Of a stretch of 64,000 nucleotides of DNA, positions 54,548 through 64,000 are shown in pieces. Each line of letters begins with the position of its first letter. Within the stretch, counting starts at the first letter, position 1. The DNA is taken from contig DOAO01000006.1 in the NCBI GenBank assembly GCA_003504275.1, positions 66,588-130,587 on the forward strand, written 5' to 3'. The position numbers were made by a program, and so were the translations under genes. A model generated the notes under the pieces. It did not search any database. It was not told the origin of the DNA and saw nothing but the letters and a program-made list of their open reading frames with translations. Source of the stretch: Patescibacteria group bacterium. GTDB taxonomy: Bacteria > Patescibacteriota > Minisyncoccia > Phycocordibacterales > UBA12445.

Positions 54548-55531
54548 ATGGAACCACTCGAAAGTAAAAACAATATAAGCAATTCTATATTCTGGATTGA
54601 GACGAGTAAAATCAATCCAAATCCTTATCAACCGAGAAAAGAATTTGATGAAAAGGCCCTCAGAGAACTTGCCGACTCTATAAAACAATACGGAATTTTA
54701 CAGCCACTTGTCGCTACAAGAAGGGAGATAGAGAAGCCTGATGGTGGACTTGCTGTTGAGTATGAACTTATTTCAGGAGAAAGAAGGCTTCGTGCCTCTA
54801 AACTCGCAGGACTTGCACAGGTGCCTGTCGTTATAAGAACAGGGGAACAGTCCGATGTTCTTAAATTTGAATTAGCCATTATTGAGAACCTCCAAAGAGA
54901 AGACTTAAATGTAATAGACAGGGCTAAGGCATTTCAGCAACTCGCCGAGAAATTCAATTACAAACATGTGGAAATTGCCGCTAAGGTGGGTAAAAGTCGT
55001 GAATATGTTTCGAACAGTATCAGGGTTCTCGCATTACCAGCCGATATTCAAGACGCTCTTACAAATCGCAAAATAACAGAAGGACACTGCCGACCGCTCC
55101 TCATGCTTTGTGATAAACCAGCCGAGCAAATGACCTTGTATAAGGAAATTGTTTACAAAAAGCTCACAGTAAGAGAGGCGGAATCTATTTCTAGGCATAT
55201 TGCGACCGATAAGGTACGAAAGAAAGAGTATATTATGGATCCTGATATTCTTGATATGGAATCTAAGCTTACAGAGAAGCTGGGTACACGTGTTCATATT
55301 GAGAAGAAAGATTTTGGCGGTAAGGTCACAATAGACTTTTTCTCTAAGGAAGATTTAAGGAGTTTGCTTGACATGGTCTCAAAAGGAAAGATTGCGTTGC
55401 CTAAAAATACAGTCATTACGGTAGAAGAGACATCCGCTGTTGCAGAGAATGGAGTTCCTGTAGATGACAGTACACCGGAAGATACTGTAGACGATTCCGA
55501 ACTATATTCAATAAAAAATTTCTCACTTTAA
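54548..55531 (+). CDS. parB: ParB/Spo0J-family partition protein. No parA is adjacent.
   Basis: YQPRKEFDEKALRELADSIKQYGILQPLV, ISGERRLRASKLAG, and an HTH. Confidence 0.85.
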   Translation: MEPLESKNNISNSIFWIETSKINPNPYQPRKEFDEKALRELADSIKQYGILQPLVATRREIEKPDGGLAVEYELISGERRLRASKLAGLAQVPVVIRTGEQSDVLKFELAIIENLQREDLNVIDRAKAFQQLAEKFNYKHVEIAAKVGKSREYVSNSIRVLALPADIQDALTNRKITEGHCRPLLMLCDKPAEQMTLYKEIVYKKLTVREAESISRHIATDKVRKKEYIMDPDILDMESKLTEKLGTRVHIEKKDFGGKVTIDFFSKEDLRSLLDMVSKGKIALPKNTVITVEETSAVAENGVPVDDSTPEDTVDDSELYSIKNFSL

Positions 55532-55691
55532 TTATCATATAATTTTCCGATAAATATTATATATGGTGTGGTTTTTGTCTTGTTAATAACTTTTTTGACA
55601 AGATTATTTGTAAAAGAGATAATCAAACAAAACTATTTGATATTTGAAAAATAAAACAAATTATATTTTCCAAGAAAAGGAGGTTTTTATT

Positions 55692-55871
55692 ATGACCGAA
55701 AAAGAAGTCATTGATTTAATGAGAAGTAGTAAGTCTCTGAAGCAATGGAATGCAAATTGCGATAAGGTAAAAAATGCGCATGGCGGTTTTTATCCTCCGT
55801 TTTGGTTTAGTACTATTGTTCAATCAGGTTTCGCCGCCGAGGTAATTTCTAAATTTGTTGATTTGGCTTAA
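55692..55871 (+). CDS. Small hypothetical protein (59 aa). The ORF-track start 55644 is probably an extension.
   Basis: A strong ribosome-binding site AAAGGAGG lies 8 nt upstream of the ATG at 55692. Confidence 0.45.
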   Translation: MTEKEVIDLMRSSKSLKQWNANCDKVKNAHGGFYPPFWFSTIVQSGFAAEVISKFVDLA

Positions 55872-55930
55872 CTTGTTCTTCGTTAAAACGGAGAAAAACC
55901 CACAATATCGTGGGTTTTTATTTTGGTTTT

Positions 55931-57475
55931 TTATCTCTCCAATCTTTCTTTGTTCTTTTTTGTATTACCCAGTGATATACGAATCCTTTTTATTGCTTCA
56001 GAAGTTTTTGCATACTCAAGCCACTTTGGACTAGGGGTACTTTTTTCTCTGGTTATTATTTCAACAATATCACCATTTTTTAGAGCAGTATCAAATGATG
56101 CCATTTTGCCATTTACCTTAGCTCCAAAAGCATGACTACCTATGTCTGTATGAATCAAATATGCGAAATCGAGAGGACTTGCGCCCTCGGGAAGTTCTAC
56201 AACGTCGCCCTTTGGGGTAAAGACGAATATTTGATTATTGAAAAAATCCGTTTTTAGATTGTCTAAAAAGCTTTCAGACTCGTGGACTCCTTTTTGCCAC
56301 TCAATAAGTTGGGTTATCCATTTTAATTTTTTACTAAGTTCGCCTCCCGTTTTTTTCTTTCCTGATTCATCGTATGCGAGGTGCGCAGCTATACCATATT
56401 CTGCTTCGTTGTGCATTTGTTCGCTTCTTATCTGTATCTCCACAATTCCGCCATCTCCTGTGAAAATGACTGTATGAATGCTTTGGTATCCGTTTGGCTT
56501 TGGCACCGCGATATAGTCTTTTAGGCGCTCAGGAAGGGGTCTCCATGTGTTGTGAATAATACCTAACACTCGGTAACAGTCTTCTGTCGTGGGTACCATT
56601 ATTCGCAAAGCAGAAAGATCATATATCTTGTCGATATCCATATTTTTCTTTTGAAGCTTTAAGAAAAGGGAATATATATGTTTTACACGGAAGTCGGTTT
56701 TAAATTTTGTGATACCTGCTTTAGCCAACCTCTTGCACAAGAGGCGGTTTATTTTTTCCAATCTCTTCATGATTTCTTTCGACTTTTTCTGTCTCAGACG
56801 AACAGTTTCCTTGTATTCATTCGGTAATATATAAGGAAAGGCGAGGTCTTCAAGTTCTCCTTTTATGTGTCCCATCCCAAGTCGGTTTGCAAGTGGCGCA
56901 TATATTTCCAGTGTCTCCAAAGCTATCCTCCTGCTTTTTTCCGGTCGCACTTTATGGAGACTTTCTAGTGTGGCAGCGTTATTGAGCCTGTCGGCTAGTT
57001 TAATCAAAAGAACACGTATGTCTCTCGCTGTCGCAATAAAAAGTTTTCGCAGACTTTCAGCATGTCTCTCTACTCCGTGATATTTTATTTTTCCGAGCTT
57101 TGTGACACCTTCTATCATAAATGTAATATCATCACCAAACTCTCTTACGACATCTTCTTTTTTTGTTGTGGTGTCTTCGAGTACGTCATGAAGTAGTCCC
57201 GCTGCGATGGTCTCAGCATCGGCTTTTATCTCCGCCAGGTTTTTCGCTGTTCCTACCAGGTGAACAATATATGGATCACCGGAAAGTCTCTCGAAATTTT
57301 TGTGAGCTTCTTTTGCGAATTTGTATGCTTTAGTGATCAGTTTTTCGTCTTCTTCGGAATGTTTCTGCATTAAATCAAAAATCGCACGAAGGTCATTTGT
57401 GTTATCTTCTGTTTCTTTTTTAATAATTTCCTCGGGCATTTTTGAGTATTTGAACTTACTACAATTATAACACAA
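55931..57475 (-). CDS. rel: Short RelA/SpoT-homolog (p)ppGpp synthetase/hydrolase with HD, synthetase and TGS domains. The ACT / C-terminal regulatory region is absent.
   Basis: HD HLVGTAKNL...LLHDVLEDT. Synthetase YQSIHTVI. TGS FTPKGDVVELPEGASPLDFAYLIHTDIG. The protein ends about 60 aa after TGS. Confidence 0.9.
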   Translation of the reverse strand: MCYNCSKFKYSKMPEEIIKKETEDNTNDLRAIFDLMQKHSEEDEKLITKAYKFAKEAHKNFERLSGDPYIVHLVGTAKNLAEIKADAETIAAGLLHDVLEDTTTKKEDVVREFGDDITFMIEGVTKLGKIKYHGVERHAESLRKLFIATARDIRVLLIKLADRLNNAATLESLHKVRPEKSRRIALETLEIYAPLANRLGMGHIKGELEDLAFPYILPNEYKETVRLRQKKSKEIMKRLEKINRLLCKRLAKAGITKFKTDFRVKHIYSLFLKLQKKNMDIDKIYDLSALRIMVPTTEDCYRVLGIIHNTWRPLPERLKDYIAVPKPNGYQSIHTVIFTGDGGIVEIQIRSEQMHNEAEYGIAAHLAYDESGKKKTGGELSKKLKWITQLIEWQKGVHESESFLDNLKTDFFNNQIFVFTPKGDVVELPEGASPLDFAYLIHTDIGSHAFGAKVNGKMASFDTALKNGDIVEIITREKSTPSPKWLEYAKTSEAIKRIRISLGNTKKNKERLER

Positions 57476-57548
57476 TAAAATTGATAAAAGATTCTACTTA
57501 GACCCCAGGGGTCTAAGTAGAAAAGGTAGTAAATATGTTGTGCGAGTT

Positions 57549-59738
57549 TTATTCTTTGGCGAGGGTCCTCTTGTTTGGCAAATCAGGTCTATTATTCTCA
57601 CACTCTTTACGGCTACATCTCTCGGGAATAGTCTTCGTACCTTCCATCATAAGTGCACCACATTTGTCACAGACGCGTCCGGTCGGCTTGGATTTCATTA
57701 TGAACTTACATTTAGGGTAATTATTACAGCTAAAGAATGTTCCAAATCTTCCTTTTCTTTCAGATATCTCTCCCTCTTTACATTCAGGACATTTTACGCC
57801 GGTTGAGTTTGCCTTCTTGGCTTCTTCTGATTCGTCTTTTTTAATGTACTTACATTTCGGATATCTTCCACAAGCGACGAATTTTCCGAATTTTCCCGTT
57901 CTCTCTACGAGTTTGCCTTCTTTACATTCAGGACAATCTTCACCAGTTTCTTTTGGGGCTTCCATAATTTCTCCGTCTATTGTTCTCGCTCCTGTACAGT
58001 CGGGGAATTTATCACAGCTCAAGAATTTTCCGGTTCTTCCAAGTTTTATAACCATTCCACTTCCGCACTCAGGACACTTTATATCCTTAGGCGCATCTCC
58101 TAATGTTGTAACTTTAGGAACTTTATTTTTTGATTCAACTTCTTTTTTGAACGGTCCGTAAAATTCTTTCAGTATTTTTCCGTAATCTTTTGTACCATTT
58201 GCGATTTCGTCCAAATCTTCCTCCATCTGTGCCGTAAAGGTATCGCTTATGATATTTGCAAAATGCTCCTCAAGGAAATTGCTAACTACCTCGCCGGTAT
58301 CTGTTGGCTTGAGTGCTTTACCGTCTTTTTCCACATATCCTCTTGTTATAATCGTATGGATGATAGCGGCATAGGTACTTGGTCTTCCAATACCTCTTTT
58401 TTCAAGCTCTTTTACCAGTCCCGCTTCTGAGTATCTTCCCAGTGGCTCTGTTTGTTTGCCCTCAGAGTTTATTTCGGTAATCTTTAATTTTTCTCCCTTT
58501 TTAACTTCCGGAAGTATGGTATCTTCTCCTTTTGCGTATTCGTCGCACAAGAGCCAACCAGGATTAATAAGACGAGAACCATTGGCGTGATAAGGTTTTA
58601 CTGTACTGTCGCCTGTCTCAGCCACTATTTTCGTTCTTATGAAATTTGCGTCAGGCATCTGACTAGAAACAGTTCTTCTCCATATGAGGTCATAAAGTTT
58701 ACTGTCCTCTCCACCACCTGGAATATTTCTTTTTTCAAAGTGTGTTGGTCTTATTGCTTCGTGCGCTTCTTGGGCATTTTTGACCTTAGTCTTATATTCT
58801 CTATATGACCAAAATTTTTCCCCATACTCTTTTGTGATGACATTTTTTATCGCATCCATCGCATCCTGAGAGAGTGTCGTGCTGTCGGTTCTCATATATG
58901 TGATATGTCCGCTTTCGTAGAGCTTCTGCGCAATCTTCATTGTACGAGCAGGGGAGAAACCGAGCCCGGAACTTGCAGCTTGTTGGAGTGTGGAAGTTGT
59001 GAATGGGGATTTTGGTTTTCTTGTATAATCGCTTTCTTCAATATCTGTAATTTCTAGATTTGAAATTTTTGAAAGAGCGACAACGCGGTCGGCTTCTTCT
59101 TGCGTTTTTGGTTCTTCAGAATAAGCAAATTCAATCGCACTATTTTTAGGCGATTGAGTCTGTGCTTTTATAACCCAGTAACCCTCCGGAATGAATGCAC
59201 GTATCTCTCTTTCTCTTTCCATTAAGATACGAAGAGCGGGGGACTGTACACGACCCGCAGATAGTCCATACCTTACTTTTTTCCAGATAAGTCCGGAGAG
59301 GTCGTATCCCACAAGTCTGTCTAATACACGCCTTGCTTCCTGAGCTTTTCTTAGGTTTTGATCTATCTCGCGTGGGTGTTTTACGGCTTCTTTTACGGCT
59401 TTTTCCGTAATTTCATGGAAAGTGACTCTTTTTGGATTTTTAATTTTTAGAGCTTCGGCCACGTGCCAGGCGATCGCTTCTCCTTCTCGGTCGGGGTCAG
59501 TTGCGAGTAAAATTTCACTGGATTTTTTTGCCAACTCTTTTAGTTCGGAAACAACTTTTTCTTTGCCTTTAGAAATTTCATATTTGGGAATAAAACCGCC
59601 ATCTATATCGATGGCTTCTTTGTTACTTTTTGGCAGATCTCGAATGTGTCCCACACTCGCTTTTACCGTATATTCGTTATCCAAATATTTGGATATCGTC
59701 TTCGCCTTTGCAGGTGACTCTACTATTAATAATCGCAT
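57549..59738 (-). CDS. topA: DNA topoisomerase I with multiple C-terminal C4 zinc ribbons.
   Basis: MRLLIVESPAKAKTISKYL, Toprim, catalytic Tyr region, and four C-terminal CxxC...CxxC modules. Confidence 0.95.
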   Translation of the reverse strand: MRLLIVESPAKAKTISKYLDNEYTVKASVGHIRDLPKSNKEAIDIDGGFIPKYEISKGKEKVVSELKELAKKSSEILLATDPDREGEAIAWHVAEALKIKNPKRVTFHEITEKAVKEAVKHPREIDQNLRKAQEARRVLDRLVGYDLSGLIWKKVRYGLSAGRVQSPALRILMEREREIRAFIPEGYWVIKAQTQSPKNSAIEFAYSEEPKTQEEADRVVALSKISNLEITDIEESDYTRKPKSPFTTSTLQQAASSGLGFSPARTMKIAQKLYESGHITYMRTDSTTLSQDAMDAIKNVITKEYGEKFWSYREYKTKVKNAQEAHEAIRPTHFEKRNIPGGGEDSKLYDLIWRRTVSSQMPDANFIRTKIVAETGDSTVKPYHANGSRLINPGWLLCDEYAKGEDTILPEVKKGEKLKITEINSEGKQTEPLGRYSEAGLVKELEKRGIGRPSTYAAIIHTIITRGYVEKDGKALKPTDTGEVVSNFLEEHFANIISDTFTAQMEEDLDEIANGTKDYGKILKEFYGPFKKEVESKNKVPKVTTLGDAPKDIKCPECGSGMVIKLGRTGKFLSCDKFPDCTGARTIDGEIMEAPKETGEDCPECKEGKLVERTGKFGKFVACGRYPKCKYIKKDESEEAKKANSTGVKCPECKEGEISERKGRFGTFFSCNNYPKCKFIMKSKPTGRVCDKCGALMMEGTKTIPERCSRKECENNRPDLPNKRTLAKE

Positions 59739-59948
59739 AAATTTAAAAAATTATTTATTGAGTATTTAACTATAGTAATGCGATTTTTGAGAGAATGTCA
59801 AATTTTATGACTAAATTTTGCCAATAAAATCCCGATTTAGCTTGACATAATCTATTAAATATGTATATAGTGTAAGTAGATTCTAGATAAAGTTCTTTTA
59901 CAAAATCTGCCAATTGGTGGCGGATAATATAAGTGTAAAAGAGAAAGG

Positions 59949-60773
59949 ATGGAAATGCCTATGAAAAACAGGAATGTCCAAAATCACGGGAGTGGTTTAA
60001 CACGTGAGGCTGATTGTGCGGTATTGAAAGCCCTCTCCGTCGTCTATGAAGAGATAACCCCCGAGGAGCTTCAGGCCTTCATCGGACTGAAACAACCCGA
60101 GAGAATCGACAGACTTCGCGGAGCAGTGTTGGGTAGAGCGGTGCTGGGTAAATCAAAAAAGAGTTATGTTTCTCTGAAAGCATCAAACCTTCTCGGAGGG
60201 AAAGAAGTTTCTTACGATATCTTGGAGTTCACCGCTATCTGGTCAAATTTCTACAAAGAGGTCTTGGGCATCACGCTCGAACATCCGATAAGTATTCCGG
60301 GACACAAAGACGGTTTCGACTTCTTAATAATCATGGCTAAGGGTCTGACCCATAAAATGATTTCGAATGTCGAAGTCAATCTTTATTCGACATACAAGTA
60401 TCAGAGCGACCTCGACAACGCCACTGACCAGACCAAAGAAGAAAGAACGACCAAGAAATCATACGCTATCTGGATCCAGGACTCGATCGAAGCTCCTGAA
60501 GACCTTAAAAACGTTTCCGCATCTGAAATAGAGAGAAGAAAACTAAAGACAATGACACTCCTCGAACGCCGTCTTCTCGAGCTGTTCTACTACTGGACGA
60601 CTAAAAAACATCTGGATATCGATAACTGGACACTCTGCGCCGGCTCCCGTTATTCCGATGGCTACGTCCCGCGCACGTGCTGGTTTCCGTCGGATGGCAG
60701 GTTCCACGTCGGTTGGTGCTACGCCAGTTACTCGTACTCCTACTTGCGGGCTCGCACAGTAGTTTCCTACTAA
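59949..60773 (+). CDS. Hypothetical protein encoded by a compositionally atypical (GC-richer) gene.
   Basis: 274-aa ORF whose GC content is visibly higher than that of neighbouring genes, especially the last ~150 nt. No motif recognised. Confidence 0.5.
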   Translation: MEMPMKNRNVQNHGSGLTREADCAVLKALSVVYEEITPEELQAFIGLKQPERIDRLRGAVLGRAVLGKSKKSYVSLKASNLLGGKEVSYDILEFTAIWSNFYKEVLGITLEHPISIPGHKDGFDFLIIMAKGLTHKMISNVEVNLYSTYKYQSDLDNATDQTKEERTTKKSYAIWIQDSIEAPEDLKNVSASEIERRKLKTMTLLERRLLELFYYWTTKKHLDIDNWTLCAGSRYSDGYVPRTCWFPSDGRFHVGWCYASYSYSYLRARTVVSY

Positions 60774-60928
60774 ACCTTTTACCTTATATCTTTTACCCTG
60801 TTGAGTAAAATTTTAAGTCGTTAGGCTTAAAATTTAGATTTGAAATCAAATCCTCAACAGTGTGAATCTTTGAAGAAAGGAGAAAACTGGTTTTTAAAAA
60901 GGTATTTCGTCGTAAAGGAGGACGTTTA

Positions 60929-61084
60929 ATGAAAGAAAAAAAGACAGAAAAGACTCCGAAAAAATCCACAGAGGCGACTAAAAAAGTTTTTGTGGTTGAT
61001 TTGAATGGGGTTACCACCGTAGTTGTTTCTGACACTGATAACAAGGAAAAAGATTATCGCCCCATAGACTTTCTCGGTTTCTGA
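60929..61084 (+). CDS. Small Lys-rich hypothetical protein (51 aa), not in the ORF track.
   Basis: A ribosome-binding site AAAGGAGG lies 7 nt upstream of the ATG. The overlapping antisense ORF 60793..61044 is regarded as spurious. Confidence 0.35.
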   Translation: MKEKKTEKTPKKSTEATKKVFVVDLNGVTTVVVSDTDNKEKDYRPIDFLGF

Positions 61085-61174
61085 TCATTAACATAATATT
61101 TAGTCATTGTTCATGTACCCCCAAGCTTAAATGCTTGGGGATTTTTTTTATAAAAATGTGTTAAAATCATCTCT

Positions 61175-62128
61175 ATGAATAATGTAGTGAAAAATATTGA
61201 AATAAGCCAACATCTTAATTTTGGGGTTGGGGGTAAGGTAAGTCATTTTGTTACGGCTTCAAATAAAGAGGATATTTTGTCGGCTGTGGCATACGCCAAA
61301 AAAGAAAAAATACCATATTTAATATTGGGAGGTGGAAATAATATTGTTTCTTGTGATAAAAAGATAAAATGTCTCGTTATTAAGATTTCGAGTGAGCCTG
61401 ATAGTGTGGGCGGAGAAATAAAAATAAAAGATAATAAAATTTATACTGATGCCGGTATTCTTCTGTCTGATTTAGTTAGTACTACGGTAAAAAATGGTTT
61501 TGTTGGATTAGAGACTCTTTCTGGTATACCAGGCACGGTTGGCGGTTCTATATATGGTAATGCCGGTGCATACGGTCACTCTATTTCGGAATTTATTTCT
61601 TCGGTCACCATTTTTGACGGAAAAAAAATAATAAAAACAGGAAACAAGGACTGTCATTTTGGGTATCGCGAAAGTGTTTTCAAAAAAAAGAAATGGATAA
61701 TTATCGGTGCGGAATTTAAATTTAAAAAAGGAGACGCAAAAGAGCTCACAAAAATATCTGAAGATATAATTGAAACAAGGTGGAAAAAATTCGGTCCTAA
61801 ACCAAAATGTCCGGGAAGTTATTTTAAGAACATTATCGTGAAAGATATTTCTAAAAAATCTCTCGCCTTTATTGATCCTTCCAAAATAAAAGACGGGAAA
61901 ATTCCCGTGGGTTATTTATTGGAAGAAGTTGGCGCAAAAGGTATGAGGGAAGGGGGTATATATGTGTCTGATTTTCATGGGAATATAATATTGAATGATG
62001 GAACAGGAAAGTATAACGACCTAACGAAATTGGTTAAAAAATTAAAATCGCTTGTAAAAAAGAAATTTGGAATAGAAATTGAGGAAGAAGTGCAATATTT
62101 GCATGAAAAGATATTAAATTCTCGATAA
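61175..62128 (+). CDS. murB: UDP-N-acetylenolpyruvoylglucosamine reductase.
   Basis: FAD-binding region. GIPGTVGGSIYGNAGAYG motif. Confidence 0.8.
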   Translation: MNNVVKNIEISQHLNFGVGGKVSHFVTASNKEDILSAVAYAKKEKIPYLILGGGNNIVSCDKKIKCLVIKISSEPDSVGGEIKIKDNKIYTDAGILLSDLVSTTVKNGFVGLETLSGIPGTVGGSIYGNAGAYGHSISEFISSVTIFDGKKIIKTGNKDCHFGYRESVFKKKKWIIIGAEFKFKKGDAKELTKISEDIIETRWKKFGPKPKCPGSYFKNIIVKDISKKSLAFIDPSKIKDGKIPVGYLLEEVGAKGMREGGIYVSDFHGNIILNDGTGKYNDLTKLVKKLKSLVKKKFGIEIEEEVQYLHEKILNSR

Positions 62129-62198
62129 AAACATACCTTGATTTTAATTAGATTGTGTGTTTTTTGCAGATAAGGCTTCTTTAATTTAGGGAGTTTTT

Positions 62199-62870
62199 TT
62201 GCTATATTTATTAAGTTATACTTATAAAATAATTAAAATGATCATTACATATTACGGAAATTTATGTACTAAGGCGCAAATAGGAGACATGTCGGTTTCT
62301 TTTAATCCGCCACTTAGGGCTGATGGTAAGACACCTCGATTTACTTCAAACATCGCTCTTTTTAGTACGAAAGAAAAAGACCAGAACTTTTCCCACTCAT
62401 CTCCCGAAAAAGATGTTTTTATAATTGATGGTCCGGGAGAATATGAAGTTGGTGGTATTTTTATAAAAGGAGTTCTTGTTGAAAAGGAGATAGACGGAAA
62501 GAAAAAAATGAACACCGTTTATTCAGTTTTATTTGATGATATTAATTTGTGTCATTTGGGCGCCATTTCATCAGCCGATCTTAAGCCGACAGTTCTCGAG
62601 ACCCTTGGTTCCGTAGATATTTTATTTGTTCCTGTTACTGGTGGCGACGTTGCCACACCTGCAGTAGCTAGTAAGTTAGCCACTGCTTTTCAGTCACACG
62701 TCGTTATACCTCTTTATGGTACAGATAAGGGCGCAAGTGCAGACTCGTTGAAAATGTTCTTAAAAGAAGAAGGTGCTGAAGGTGCACAGCCAACTGACAA
62801 ATTAACGATTAAAAAGAAAGATATAGAGGGTAAAGACGGGGAAATAATAGTTTTATCTCCGACAGCTTAA
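62199..62870 (+). CDS. Metallo-beta-lactamase-fold (Lactamase_B_3)-like protein with degenerate metal-binding motifs.
   Basis: N-terminal IITYYGNLCTKAQIGD...FNPP resembles the MKITxLGHAxFLIE...ILIDP pattern. No HxHxDH motif is present. Confidence 0.35.
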   Translation: MLYLLSYTYKIIKMIITYYGNLCTKAQIGDMSVSFNPPLRADGKTPRFTSNIALFSTKEKDQNFSHSSPEKDVFIIDGPGEYEVGGIFIKGVLVEKEIDGKKKMNTVYSVLFDDINLCHLGAISSADLKPTVLETLGSVDILFVPVTGGDVATPAVASKLATAFQSHVVIPLYGTDKGASADSLKMFLKEEGAEGAQPTDKLTIKKKDIEGKDGEIIVLSPTA

Positions 62871-62876
62871 TTTATA

Positions 62877-63110
62877 ATGTTAAGATTTATTGAAAAATTA
62901 AGAAGTAGACCGGAGTCAGATAGAGAGAAAATGCTGATCGTTCTTGTAGTTTTATTTATGATGTCGGTTGTATTTTTGTGGATAACGAATTTAGATAAAA
63001 TTTTCCCTGTTGCTTCTGTTGAAAATAATGATGCCAAAATTTCCAGTGTTTCTCCGTTCAAAATATTTTCAGACAAGATATTGTATATGAAGGATGCTAT
63101 TTTAGAATAA
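62877..63110 (+). CDS. Small membrane protein (hypothetical).
   Basis: 77-aa ORF with one transmembrane helix. Confidence 0.4.
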   Translation: MLRFIEKLRSRPESDREKMLIVLVVLFMMSVVFLWITNLDKIFPVASVENNDAKISSVSPFKIFSDKILYMKDAILE

Positions 63111-63188
63111 TTTAATGCAGTTACAGGCGGGGGACAATAAAAAGAGGACTTTATAACATTATAACTTTTAACTTTATAACCAGTTCAA

Positions 63189-64000
63189 ATGGCTAAGGAA
63201 AAGAAAAATAAAAAAGGGAAGGATGCACATTTTCATGGTGACATGCCCCCAGATGTAGTTAAGGTAGAGCCAAAGATCGTGAAAATAGACATTGTGCCGG
63301 AGATGAAGACATCTTATTTAGACTATGCTATGTCCGTTATTGTTTCTCGTGCTTTGCCCGATGTCAGAGACGGTCTTAAGCCTGTGCACAGAAGAATTCT
63401 TTTTTCTATGTATGATTTAGGCTTGACCGCTTCCGCTAAGTTCAGAAAATCCGCTATGATCGTCGGAGATGTGCTTGGTAAATATCATCCACACGGTGAC
63501 TCTGCTGTTTATGATGCGATGGTTAACTTGGCTCAGAATTTCAAAACCAGATATCCTCTCGTCTTTGGTCAAGGAAACTTCGGTTCTATTGACGGAGACA
63601 GCGCCGCTGCTTACAGATACACAGAGGCCAAAATGGCTAAAATTACTTCGGAGATATTGGGTGACCTTGAAAAGGATACCGTGGATTTCATTCCAAACTT
63701 CGATAACACCAGAAAAGAGCCGAGTGTTTTTCCTTCTGCAATACCAACACTTCTTCTTAATGGAACATTGGGTATCGCTGTAGGTATGGCCACAAAGATT
63801 CCTCCTCATAACTTAGGAGAGATAATGGATGCATTGATACATCTAGCCGACAATGGAGATGCTACAACCGAAGATTTATTTAAATTTATAAAAGGTCCGG
63901 ACTTTCCGACGGGAGGAATTGTTTTCAATGAGAAAGATATTTTAAGAGCTTCTGCTACAGGAAGAGGCGGAGTGGTTGTCCGCGGTGAAGCGGAGATAGT
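63189..64000 (+). CDS. gyrA: DNA gyrase subunit A, 5' part. It runs off the window end and is absent from the ORF track because no stop lies inside the window.
   Basis: [29 protein letters not shown] (active-site Tyr), [24 protein letters not shown]. The antisense ORFs at 63417..63809 are spurious. Confidence 0.9.
   Translation, partial: MAKEKKNKKGKDAHFHGDMPPDVVKVEPKIVKIDIVPEMKTSYLDYAMSVIVSRALPDVRDGLKPVHRRILFSMYDLGLTASAKFRKSAMIVGDVLGKYHPHGDSAVYDAMVNLAQNFKTRYPLVFGQGNFGSIDGDSAAAYRYTEAKMAKITSEILGDLEKDTVDFIPNFDNTRKEPSVFPSAIPTLLLNGTLGIAVGMATKIPPHNLGEIMDALIHLADNGDATTEDLFKFIKGPDFPTGGIVFNEKDILRASATGRGGVVVRGEAEI

Noticed and set aside
60793-61044. 83-aa minus-strand ORF.
   Set aside because: No ribosome-binding site. 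It overlaps a plus-strand small ORF that has a strong AAAGGAGG ribosome-binding site.
63417-63809. Minus-strand ORFs of 130, 104 and 60 aa near the window end.
   Set aside because: They are antisense to a clear gyrA N-terminal coding region ([13 protein letters not shown] motifs on the plus strand).

Overview
A 64 kb AT-rich bacterial chromosome segment with short genes, a 717-aa SMC, an ACT-less Rel and a PriA lacking a Walker A motif. This content fits a reduced-genome bacterium such as a Patescibacteria/CPR-like organism, though lineage is only an inference. The code is standard: full-length uvrA, topA and rnr read through with code 11.

Backbone genes recognised from motifs:
- DNA repair and replication: uvrA, topA, priA-like, parB, and the 5' part of gyrA.
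- RNA processing: rnr (RNase R) and rnc (RNase III).
- Translation-related: def and fmt in a priA-def-fmt operon, mnmA, rpsP with the adjacent KH-domain gene, and rpmF.
- Transcription: a NusB-NUDIX fusion.
- Metabolism, stress and envelope: gap, sodA, mltG, murB, a short rel, an SMC-like ATPase, cyclophilin, two S41 peptidases, an HtrA-like protease and an M16 peptidase.
- RNA genes: tRNA-Ala(GGC) and tRNA-Leu(CAA).

Accessory content:
(1) The left end (1-3300) carries a mobile-element-like replication module: a CHC2 zinc-finger + Toprim primase and small ORFs. It is followed by a TPR-repeat protein and a three-gene Type III restriction-modification operon (mod, a translationally coupled unknown 148-aa gene, res).
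(2) There are at least three families of small GC-rich repeat/MITE-like elements. One has GTCATTGCGA terminal inverted repeats and appears inserted in frame inside mnmA. Another has termini that mimic tRNA 3' ends and forms a 550-bp array next to tRNA-Leu.
(3) Both tRNA loci are flanked by partial tRNA duplicates. A GIY-YIG nuclease ORF sits between a partial and a complete tRNA-Leu copy.
(4) A radical-SAM gene is bracketed by ~72-bp direct repeats that duplicate the 3' end of fmt, which looks like an inserted single-gene cassette.
(5) A short motif, CCGCCAAAATTTT, and its near reverse complement AAAAATTTAGGAGGG recur in intergenic regions.
(6) A cluster of secreted or surface repeat proteins includes an LRR protein with 69-bp tandem repeats.

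No CRISPR array and no rRNA are present.
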